A stretch of DNA of 63,932 nt, filler included, from Ionaspis alba (taxonomy: Eukaryota), in the NCBI GenBank assembly GCA_964255285.1. It is 5 parts of 5 records of this genome, joined end to end, with 100 filler letters (N's around TTAATTAATTAA, not from the genome) between each part and the next. Parts side by side here need not be neighbours in the genome. Positions count along the whole stretch, not along the records: positions 1 to 13,362 come from CAXUUL010000465.1; positions 13,463 to 26,797 come from CAXUUL010000466.1; 3 more parts are not named here. One strand, 5' to 3'. Shown in pieces: positions 12,801 to 23,301 of this stretch; position 1 is the first letter of the stretch; the number at the start of each line of letters is the position of its first letter. Position numbers and translations under genes: made by a program. A model generated the notes under the pieces. It was not told the origin of the DNA. It saw only the letters and a list, made by a program, of their open reading frames with translations, and did not search any database.

Positions 12801-13087
12801 ATTCCAACGCATCATCTTCAACAGCACGTTTTCTTATGGTCGTGCTACGCGTAGCGTATCGATTCACCCTGCAGTCTACTACGCCGTAAGTCTTCTCAGA
12901 TGGCCTTACTGGTGCAGAACTAACACCTCTACAGGATCAAGTCGCAGAAAGGGCCAAGATGCACCTGCGTGAGACTAAAAGTGGAGTTACTTTACACGAC
13001 GCACACCCCGATTTGACCTACACCATGGTAGGACAGGCTCTCCTAATCACGAAGGCGTTTACTGATCATGTGTAGTATTGGCAGTAG
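9838..13087 (+). CDS. Argonaute/Piwi-family RNA-silencing effector (N, PAZ, MID, PIWI), ~8 exons
   Basis: N domain VAVNHFVI and PDFVFDN. PAZ ISIFDYFMKRYEIKIRYVDLP..FPMELC. MID YKALK..GIPSQ..LKINCKLGGTN. PIWI GGDVSHPSPG, RDGIAESQ, KNHHTRLFP, QGTCRPCHY, RATRSVSIHPAVYYADQVAER. Ends TMYWQ*. Confidence 0.96.
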
Positions 13088-13362
13088 AGGGGGAACGGCA
13101 GCCTTTATGACATAGCTGCAAAGCTGTCCCAATTTCGGTCATCTTAAATCTTTGATATTGTCATTTTCTTCACTAGCAAAGGCCTGATGTGCCTATGATT
13201 GCCCTTAGAATATCGAGCACTGCCTATCTGGTATCGTTTTTTTTTCTTTCTTTTTTTTTGGGGCTGCGAAGCATTCGCGGGGTGAAGAAAGTTCATTGGT
13301 GTTGCTAGTACGAAACCACGACGTTGAGAGACAAGCAGGTCGCACAGTTCACTGATCTCACG

Positions 13363-13462
13363 NNNNNNNNNNNNNNNNNNNNNNNNNNNNNNNNNNNNNN
13401 NNNNNNTTAATTAATTAANNNNNNNNNNNNNNNNNNNNNNNNNNNNNNNNNNNNNNNNNNNN
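13363..13462. other. Artificial contig-joining spacer N44-TTAATTAATTAA-N44
   Basis: Six-frame stop linker at 13407-13418 within N runs; 100 nt total. Confidence 0.98.
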
Positions 13463-14771
13463 CTCAAAGTCTTACAGGACGGCTGTCACAAGCGTGGCTT
13501 CATAGTGAGTGGAGGCTGGCACTAGTTGGCACTAGTTCCGTCGGTAGACCAGGATAGGCCCATGTCTCAACTGTCGGTGGAGGAATGGCAAGAGGGTAGG
13601 TAGCTGTTGAAATACGGTACTACAACACTAGCTCAAAGGCTCTAGTACTGGGTGTGGGCGTAGCAGGCTTAATTAGGATTAGCCTCAGGGGCTCGTCTAC
13701 GGGTGGAAGATGCTCGAGCATTTAACCTTAATCTTCAATCTTTTAATACGGTAATGATTTCAACTTAACGGACGCTGCAGAACCTCCCTATTGTCTTAAC
13801 AGTAGCAGTAATTTGATTCGAAACAATGTCTTTTTTCAGCTCCTGCAAAAGCATCTCTGCAGCGAGCCGCGATTCTAGAATTGCACTCTACGTCATCGAC
13901 AGATTGCGATTAGTCAGTGGCTGTTTTGATTAACGCCAATTTTATACCGATGTGGCCTCCGACATTTCCCAAACGTTTTTTTTTGTATGGCATGGCAAAA
14001 TTCCAGATTTGATACCGAATCTCGATGAGTTGGCACTCCTTCGAACCGCTGGATCAGCCACTGGGTTACACGGCTAAGGACAAGTCCAAATTAGATGAGT
14101 TATTCCTGAACGAGGGAAAGAGGGAAAAGGCCCCCAGCCGAAGTACTGTACACCAGTAAGTAATTTCGGACGGGAAGTGCATGACAACCGGCCCCGTCGA
14201 ACTTTTTCTTGGGAAGGAATGCTTGGGCGGATCTTATGCCGGGTCGATCAGAAGGTACCGATGGATCTACAATCTCTCCGTCCAATATGTTTGCGCAGAA
14301 CGCTCAGCTTCTTCCCCGAGATTACCTTTCTTCCCCAAAATCATGCCGCGGTAAGGCAAACGAGGCAGACGCGAACGGGCCTTTACCAAATCAAAACAAA
14401 ACAAAAATAGCGGTCTCGAGGGAGCTCCGATGCTTGCTGACCCTGGGCTGAGGGTCTCCCTGGAAGATAATTTTTCCCCTGCAGGTGGTGGCTTTTGCAT
14501 AGGATTCTGGCACCTTCTATGAGCGGTCTTGATAGGAGGTTGGATCAGGAACGAAGGTGACCGCTCCGCTCGACAATCCCAACCGTTTGGCAATTCTGCC
14601 TTATAGTTTTCAGGATTACCGACATGTCGTATTCGTCACCGATGGGGTCATGGATAACCGTGTTCTTGTTTGGAGGATTGTGTACCCCTGTGTCTCGCTG
14701 TATATATCTTGAGATGGACCCTTTCAAAATAACAGAGTATCTTACCAGACGTACTCCCAAACCTGTCGGCA

Positions 14772-17023
14772 ATGGATGGTCGATCCAGAGCTCTTCCGGG
14801 CCCGTCAACCTTCCCGAACTTGTCCTGGACCAGCAGGGACAGAGATCGGGGGGAGTTTTCTTTCAAGATTAGCTCTCCTCCACGCCTCGATCCACATAAC
14901 GACCTGCCGCTGGATCTCCCTACCCGTGTGTCCAAACTGGTATTAACCTTCGCTACAAGAAGAACCCTAAGTGGTCGCTAACCTACCTTTGGTCGAATAG
15001 GATGTTTCGAATCCTGATAAGGCCAAAATACCATCTTCGGCATCTTCGGCTCCCTATCAACCTATTCTGCACAGCCAGCATCAACCGCTCGAGCATCAGC
15101 CCGCCAGGCATTTGTACGGGTTTCCATCTCCCTTTCTCCAAGAATGTGATGTTCTAGGATCAAACGCTGCAGTGGGTACTCGCTATTATGCAGCAGAAAT
15201 CTTTGGATCTGATTGTCATACATACAGGATGTTGAAGCATATGATCAGCCGACTACGCCCGCCGCATATCACCAGTCACCTTATCATATAGAAAAGGAGC
15301 AGCAGGTTGTGGATTTTCATTCCCACGGAGCTGATGACAGCAGATATGACAGTGATTATTCCCAGCCTGTACATCACGGGGATGTACCACATCATCAGTT
15401 TTGTGATGCGTCTTCTGACCATACTTTATGGAACGACCATTTGGATTCTGGTAGTTTGACATTCACCGATGATCAGCAGCCCTTCCCTTTGGATTCTGGT
15501 AGATTGAGGACATTCAACGATGATCAACAGCCCTTCCCTGAATTTCAGTTCACAATGTCAGTGGGCGATGCATCTTCGATAGCCGGCAAGCAGTCACGAC
15601 CCAAAGGACGCCCGCTTGGCTCGAAATTATCCCCCGAGTCAAAGCGCACTGCCGGTATTGTGCGAGAAAGAGGAAGCTGTTTTGCATGCAGATATCATAA
15701 GAAGAAGGTATATCGTTGAGGTCCCCGCTTTGTTCAAAGCTGACTGTATAGTGTGATGAAAACCATCGTTGTGGCCCGTGTGAACGTCGTAAATATACCT
15801 GCACTCCTATCAAAGGAAATCTCAGCGTTCTAGCAAGTCTTGATACTGGTGAGTCTAACGACACTTTCATCCTGTGGGGAACACTGGAGCTTCATATCTA
15901 ATCTTTTTTAGACAGCTATGAGCGGGTGTGTAGAAGAATCATGATCTCCCACGGGATATTACCACAAGATGATAGCACGGGTTTGAGCCTCTGGCTAAGC
16001 ATCGCCGAGATATCGGGAACAATACGCTGGGTGAAGATTGACGCCACTCTGGTCAAGGGGGATATCAAAGACAGCCTAGTCAAAGATAATGCTACTGGAC
16101 TCGAACTCCATGATATGGATAACTTCATCGATTTGTGGGCTCTTGATCAATCCAGAAATATCGGTGGCAGCACAGGTGCCATCGTCAATGTGAGTACAGT
16201 TTGATCTGATCAAAGTCTGGAGGAGAAGATTGCTGAACACAAACAGACCAACCTCCGCGCGAAGTTACAAAGATGTTTGGCGTACTCGTCTCTCCTTTCC
16301 AGCCTCCCTAGCGGCTTGTTCTGGAACGCAGCCCCTTTCGACGACACAGATGCATGCACACGTATCGCAATGTCACTCTTCCTCGCGTGTCTGAAGAAGC
16401 TTGGATACTGGCTGAAGAGGAGCATGGAGCACATACATCAAATTTTTTTCTATACAAGGCACGGCAACAAAGAGGGTGACTCTGCTTCGAAAGCGCTTGT
16501 GATGGTTTTGGGTGTCGTACGTAGGCTTGCGAACCTCGCTCCGGGCGAGACTGGTCCTATTACCATCGTAGGTGCATCGATCTCGGCCCCAAACATTGCT
16601 GAACAGGTCTATAGACTCCGCTCCTACAAGATATCGCTGCGACGGCACACGGGAAACTGGACGAGATACAAAAGCTTGGAGCGGCCGAGTTCGACCTACC
16701 GAGACGGAAACGTGCTGGTGCGTTTTTGGAATCCGTGAGCGCGACCATGAGAGAAGCAGGTCCATACTGCTTGCGGGTAGTCTGCACTTTGCGTGATTGT
16801 GAATCCCCAGCAACTCTGAAACTCGAGTAAGTTGATCACGTCTACTGGTCCACAATGTATTTCTAAGTTCGATCACAGATCTTGGGAATCACGGCGTCTG
16901 TTTCCGCTGCTCTCTACCGGCGAGGCCTTCCACAAGGACATCGACGTTGTTGGTCATGGGTCCTCAACTCTCAGAAACATGACTGAAGCTCAGTACGACA
17001 ATCTGGATTTTGCCTTGTCTTGA
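14772..17023 (+). CDS. Zn(II)2Cys6 binuclear-cluster protein (putative transcription factor); 5' exon structure unresolved
   Basis: Splicing intron ~15708-15751 gives CFACRYHKKK|CDENHRCGPCERRKYTC (C-x2-C-x6-C-x5-C-x2-C-x6-C), preceded by basic RPKGRPLGSKLSPESKRTAGIVRERGS. Further exons run to LDFALS* at 17023. The start codon is uncertain. Confidence 0.7.
15441..15539 (+). repeat. Imperfect in-frame tandem duplication (48/51 nt)
   Basis: TTGGATTCTGGTAG...GATGATCARCAGCCCTTCCCT occurs twice, encoding LDSGSLTFTDDQQPFP / LDSGRLRTFNDDQQPFP. Confidence 0.85.
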
Positions 17024-17641
17024 ACCCCACGAATGTCCTGCGTTGAGCATTGGCTGTTTCCATGTCTCACTTCCCTCAGTATCTATTTCCAGTCTACTAG
17101 ATCGTGTTTTTGTCTGGATTATGCATTTATGTTTGTCGTTCGACTTTCCTTCCCTCTGTATTCAAGTGTGGCCAGAAGAAGGGCACGCAAACTTGGGAGC
17201 TTCTCAGTGATCGTTCTGACTAAGACTCGGGGACTTGGGGACCTCCGTCGACTGCTACGGGCGTGCCAGTCTTTCTGTCCACCACCTCACTGGCCTTGAT
17301 TGTGATGAAGCACACTAGGTATTTGGATGATAAAAGTAATTTTTGCTTATAATAGATATTTCCAGCGATGATTAACTAGATTTCATAAGAAGCCTATAAT
17401 AATACCACATACTATAATCATTGGACCTGAGGGCTCCCATTATTCATGATTGGTCAGAAGTGTCCGTAATTAATATCTATATACAAAACTGCTATCTAGG
17501 GAAGCCTCCCCATGGTCATAAGTGAACCTCTAAGTTGGCACTCTATACACCAAGCGTGGCGAGAAACCCAGAACATCTATGGACAACTCGGTGGTCCCCC
17601 TCTACGCACAAGACACCGAAGTCACACTCCGGGAATCGCCC

Positions 17642-19544
17642 TCATACCTCCACCGGCCTCTCAGTAAACACCAACGGGCAATCATCCTGCACCACACATT
17701 AGCCTCTCTCTCTCAACTCACACCCAACTCGCTCAACCACCCCCACGGAATCACACCAACATACCTGCGGAAATATAGTCGCAAAAACCTTGATATCCTC
17801 ACTCTTCGCCGTAACATGATGCACCCAATCGAGGCACAAACTCGCCTTCCCGATCATAGCCATCAAATTCAACACCGCATAATTCTGTCCGATACAATAA
17901 TGCGGCCCCGTCCCGAACACCAACCAATTCTTCCCCGCCTGCTCCGCTGTCCCGCTGATCCATCGCTCGGGATTGAATGTCTCGGGCTCGGGATAGACCT
18001 CTGGATCGTGCAGGGCGGGGTAGGTGGTGGGAATGACCATCGAGCCTGCAGGCGCGGTGTAGGAGTCTGTGAGTGGGAAGGCCTTTTTGGCGATGTAGGG
18101 AACCATGATGACAGGGGGTCTATAGCGGAGTGTCTCTTTGACGACGGCGCGGGTAAAGGGCATATTGTCCAGCAAATCCATGGTCAAGCGTACAGAGCGA
18201 TCGCCGTTCCGCACAGCCAGTTGCTCGGCGCGCATTTTGGCGAGGAGTTCGGGCCGATCGGCCATCAGCTGGAAGAGCCAGGTTGAGGCGCTGCTGGTGG
18301 CGTCTTGAGAGGCGAAGAGGAAGGTGAAGAGCGTCATGGAGATTTCGAAGTCGGAGAAGGGTCGGAGGACGTGCGAGGGCTTTTCCGAGGCATCGACTGT
18401 GATGCCCTTGGCGAGTTTTTGTCGGTAGGCTTCTGAGTCTTGCATTGACTTGACCCAGCCGTCTAGAATGCAGGTTATGTTGCCGCCGGCGGCCATGCGG
18501 ACTTTGCTCTTGGCGGCGCATTTGGAGAACTCGTCAAGCACCATGTCGGCTGCTTTCTTGCCGTACCAGGTTTTGGTGAAGGGAATGATGAAGGGGAAGT
18601 TGACGAGCTCGAGCGCGGCGGTGATCTTGAAGTAGTCGTCGGCGATTTTCTTGACGGCTGCTTCGGACATGTAGTGTCCGACGAAGGTGCGGCAGGAGAC
18701 GGCGCACATAAGTTCGCGGAAGACGGGCATGAAGGGGATGGGTTGCCCGTTGTTTTCTTGTTGCGAGATCTCGACGAATTTTTGGAAGTATTTGTCGTAG
18801 ACTTCTTCTTGGCCGGGGAGGTAGATCTCTAGCGCTTGTCGGGTGAAGAGGCCGTTAAGGCCTTTGCGGTAGTCGACGTGGGCTTTGCCGTCCAGGAAGA
18901 CCCAGTTGTTGGGTCGGAGAAGCTTGTGCGCAACGTCTACCACGCAGGGTTTGACGAAGGAGGGAGAGTTGAAGACTTTGCGGGCCATGTCTCGCGATGA
19001 TGCAATGACGACGAATCTGTAATGCGCAGGATATCAGCCAGTACTCGACTGAACATTTGGAAGGCTTGGTATCGTGCTTGACGTACTTGTGGAAGACGGA
19101 AACACAACTTAATTCTCCTGTTGCCCACTTTGCCTTGTACGAGTCCATCTTCGGGTAGACGGACTCCAGAAAAGNNNNNNNNNNNNNNNNNNNNNNNNNN
19201 NNNNNNNNNNNNNNNNNNNNNNNNNNNNNNNNNNNNNNNNNNNNNNNNNNNNNNNNNNNNNNNNNNNNNNNNNNCCCGCTATCGATCCTTTTTGCCATAT
19301 GTAACTCACTATTACACAGATATATCAGTGCCTGCCTTCGCAATGGCTCCCGGAAAATCCCTGCTCCCCATGACTTACGTTGATCATATGTCACGAGCAT
19401 TAGAAAGAGCGTCAGGACTATACTCCATGCACTCATGCCACTATATACTCTAGACAGAAATCCGTCGTCTGAGGACGGGAAAACCGCAGGATATTTCGCA
19501 TCGGCCGTTGGGGAGGCGAAACTGCTTTTTAATATTGCCGCCAT
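17642..19544 (-). CDS. ERG5: Sterol C-22 desaturase, cytochrome P450 CYP61 (spans an N gap)
   Basis: [24 protein letters not shown] (I-helix), [10 protein letters not shown] (ExxR), PERW, heme motif [25 protein letters not shown]. Confidence 0.97.
19175..19274. other. 100-N scaffold gap inside an ERG5 exon
   Basis: The N run interrupts KGSIAG...FLESVYP. Homologs suggest only about 10 codons are missing. Confidence 0.9.
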
Positions 19545-19733
19545 GATGAAACCCCAGTTTTGTGTCACCGAAAACAATTGTAAGATCAATTGAACGATGA
19601 AATCGTGATCAAACACTGCTTTCTAAATGCAAAGATGCAAAAGAGAAACGACAGTAGTAGTGTGTCGGGACCGTGGTTGTGGGAATTCCTTCCTCCTCCT
19701 TCTCATCCAAATTTTGCCGAGCGGAGATGGTGA

Positions 19734-19745
19734 AATCGTACGATT
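19734..19745. promoter_or_regulatory. Putative SREBP (SrbA/Sre1) sterol regulatory element
   Basis: Perfect palindrome AATCGTACGATT about 190 nt upstream of the ERG5 ATG. Matches the ATC-N4-(G/C)AT-type fungal SRE. Confidence 0.55.
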
Positions 19746-20013
19746 GCGGAATTGTTGATGAAAGCCGCCCGGGAGGCCGCAGGAGCCGAGAGATTAGATT
19801 CTTCGGTTCCTTCGATTGCGTGCCTGGCACGTGCGTTGCAGGCCCGGATTCGTCTCGCTTATGATAGAAGAACGTTATCTCCGTACAGGAGTCCACCTCT
19901 GAGATAAACCATCGCAGATTGCAAGAGAGAGATGGATTGTCCTCGTAGGACTTGGGATGAAAGGTACTTCTGACTCCCAATTTTCTCGATTTTATTCATA
20001 CACATGTATCAAT

Positions 20014-21448
20014 TCATAGCATCTCATTTACAAACAATCCCGCCATTCCCTGCCCCGTCCCAATACACATACTCGTCAACAGAATCCTCTTCTTCTGCCT
20101 CCTTGCCTCACTCAGTCCCGTAACAATCTGCCTAGCACCAGTCGCACCCAGCGGGTGCCCTAGTGCGATAGCACCTCCGCGAACGTTCATCTTGGCAGGA
20201 TCGATCTGTAGCACGTTCTGGCAGTAGACTGCCATGCTTGCGAAAGCCTCGTTAATTTCGATGAGGTCAATGTCGGTTTGCAGGTTCAGGTTGAATTTTG
20301 TTAGGAGCTTGGGGATGACGATGGAGGGGCCGATGCCCATGATTCGAGGGGCGACTCCTGCAACAGTGGCGCCAACGAATTTGGCGAGAATGGGCTGATT
20401 GAGCTCGATGGCTTTTGAGCGCTTCATGAGAAGTATGGCAGCAGCTGTGACGTGGCATCAGCAAACATTTCAGGGAATGGAATCACCTTTCAACCGAGAA
20501 GAAAATGGACATACCTCCATCAGTAACCTGACTCGAATTCCCTCCAGTACTCCTGTCCCCATACTGCGGAAACGCCGGCCTAATCTTCTGCAAACTCTCA
20601 AACGTAGTCCCCCACCTCGGCCCCTCATCCTTCGTCAACGTAACCTCCTTCTCCTCCCCCGTCTTCGGATCCTTAACCACAGTCTTGATCGGCACAATCT
20701 CATCATCAAACCACCCCGCCTTCTGCGCCCTCTCCGCTCGTCCATAAGACTCCGCTGCATACCGATCCTGCGCCTCTCGCGAGATATCAAAGTCCTTGCC
20801 TACGTTCTCAGATGTTTGCCCCATCGGTTGCATGCAGTCTAGGGCTTCTTGGTTCTTGATGATCTCTTCGTGGAAGGGCTTTTCGAGGCGGTCGTCGCCT
20901 GCTGACATGGACTCGGCTCCGATGGCAAGGCCGCACTCGATGCTGCCCATGGAGATCTGGTTCGCGATATCTTGAACGGCTTTGAGGCCTGAGGAGCAGA
21001 AGCGGTTGACGGAGGAGGCGGCGGAGGTATTGGGGAAGCCAGCGGCGAGGGAGGCGGCACGAACTATGTAAGCGGCTTTGCTATCGTTGACCTGGAGGAT
21101 CATGTTAGCTTAAAGATTTTGTAAGTCGTTCACTCGGTGTGTATACATTTCCTAGGCAGATGTCTTCGACCATTTGAGGATCTATCCGCGACTTATCGAG
21201 AACCCGCTTCATTAGGGTATAGACTATGTAGTCGAGAGATGTGTCTTTCATGCCACCTCTGCCTCCTTTCGTCAGTGGTGTCCGAAGTGCCAATGTAATG
21301 ACAACATCGTCGGCGTTCTTCTGCGTACTGTTGAACCTCGTCAGCAATACTTCGTTGACGCGGATACTCCTGGTTCTCACATGCTAGCCACCCCGCTTTT
21401 AGTCGGGGTCAAATGGCTGAGGATAGAGGAGAGTCGTTCTGTAGCCAT
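20014..21448 (-). CDS. POT1: Peroxisomal 3-ketoacyl-CoA thiolase
   Basis: PTS2 RLSSILSHL at the N-terminus. Catalytic NRFCSSGL, NSSQVTDG, EINEAFAS, GGAIALGHPLGATGAR, SMCIGTGQG. Confidence 0.95.
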
Positions 21449-21614
21449 AATGGGGATAGAGAATGAGATTTCGAAGAGGCCACTGCCACTGTGGAGACGA
21501 CTCAGAGAACAGGGAGTGTTGGTGATAAAGAGAAAGTGTGGGGAAAGCAAGCTCTTTCATTGATTTGTAGGAGGACCCTGCCGTTCCGGCCGAAGGCATC
21601 GCGGAGTCATGGAA

Positions 21615-21620
21615 CCGAGG
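21615..21620. promoter_or_regulatory. Putative FarA/FarB fatty-acid response element CCGAGG
   Basis: CCGAGG (CCTCGG) about 170 nt upstream of the thiolase ATG. This is the known core in promoters of ascomycete beta-oxidation genes. Confidence 0.55.
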
Positions 21621-23067
21621 CATTGACTGATTTGCGACAGGGGTCATGAGTGTAAGATGGCGCAACCGGGTGGCTGTTCGTTTTTTTGCTTGTGAGGGGA
21701 TTCCGCTCCGCCTGTGTCAACGAGATGAAAGTCATTATGATGCATCATGTCATCGTTGCTTGACTACATTGTATTGCCTCAGATCACGGCGCCAGAAATA
21801 TCGTGACTCACTACGTGCACAAGTCTTCTAGACTATTCTTGAGGTCAGCAATCAATAGTTCGCCGGCCCGCACAAAAGCTTTTATACACTAAGGCTGGTA
21901 CGTAAGTTCTGAAAAGATTAAGGAGCAGGCCTACGTGCCAAAATTCAAATCTCACGACACTTTTCGAAACCTTTCCAAGATTTGGGATCTCCTAGCAATC
22001 TCTCACTCAGTTGTCGCATATGCATTCACATGTCCTCGATATATAAGCAGGACCTTGCCCAATGCAAATCCAACTACCATCTTGTGTCCAGAAGCAGCTA
22101 CGGAAAACCCAAAAGATAAACTACAGAGCAATGCTACGAAGGTTCTAATGTAGGTAAACAGTCTTCCAGCCTTTGATAGTGTCCATAGCAAAATTCCAGA
22201 GAAAGATCATTTTATACATAGCCCTATCAGCGATGCCACGAGACAGGAGGATTTTGGTATTTCTATGTTTGGACTTGTTTCGTTCCTGGCAAGTGGACGG
22301 ACTCGAAAGGATGTTTATTGCTCAACCTCTGTACTCTGATTTCAGTCTCAACTTCGAGCATGCCCTTACATTTGTAGGCTGAGAGGTAGTGGGTGGGCTC
22401 AACATCACACTTAATTTTATATGGAAGAATGGTTCAAACGCTATCAGGATAAGAATTCAGGACACGACTGCTAGAAAGCTGGGAACCTGGAGACAACCAA
22501 CCACCGGCCCAAGAATCCAAGCTGTGCCAAGAGAAGCGTGGAATTTGACCGTCAAGATGAGTATATTTAGGGTTCTGTATGGGCTGCGGGTTAGATGGAC
22601 CTACAACCAGATGTGGGGGAGGTTGCCCGCCGAAGGTATCAAAGAAGACAGAAACATGTATGGATTTGTATCATTCTTCCATCTGCTCAACCGTCTAGTT
22701 GATGCATATCTGGGGGTGACCTCCAACATTGTTTTGTGCTTCATCTGTGCGGAGGAGATTGCTAGAGTTGATTGATTCCGACCATGCAAACCTCGAGTCT
22801 GGCCGGTCGAATTTCGAAGAATGACGTGACGGTGAAAATACTGCTCCAAGATTGCTTCTTTCTTCCACCTCCCCCTTCGAGATTCACTCCTCGCCAAATT
22901 TGTACCTGGGAAAGACTAGGATGACGCAGGAAACAGTCTTGGCACATCCCTTCGGGAACGAATCAGAACCCGGCTTTGCAGAACGCACCCCCATCTTCGG
23001 CCACCACAAGCTGCTCGGCCCACCAAGAAAAGCAGCTCCACACCTAGTTTCCGGCCGCTTCTGCGTG

Positions 23068-23073
23068 CACGTG
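23068..23073. promoter_or_regulatory. Putative Pho4/NUC-1/PalcA E-box CACGTG
   Basis: CACGTG about 230 nt upstream of the alkaline phosphatase ATG. Confidence 0.4.
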
Positions 23074-23301
23074 TGCCTGAGATCAACGGTCATTGAATGC
23101 AGAATGCATCCGAGTGTGTAGCTAAGCAGAATTGGGACCGATGCAGCAGCAATATGGACAGGACGGTCCCAAGGAGATCGCAATCCTGACCACATCGTGC
23201 ATGCTGACCATGGGAGCTTATAAGAAGCTGGTGCCTTGCACCACAAGCATGTTTACCATCCGAGCTCGTCATTGCAATTTTTTGCTGCAGAATTCACCAT
23301 C

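Noticed and set aside
17579..18286. Long antisense ORFs over ERG5 (similarly over DCW1, BIR1, RAD3 and the laccase)
   Set aside because: Shadow frames caused by codon bias of the real genes on the opposite strand.
21700..23000. Short ORFs between the thiolase and alkaline phosphatase genes
   Set aside because: No recognisable domain or consistent splice model. Treated as a divergent promoter region, though a decayed gene cannot be excluded.
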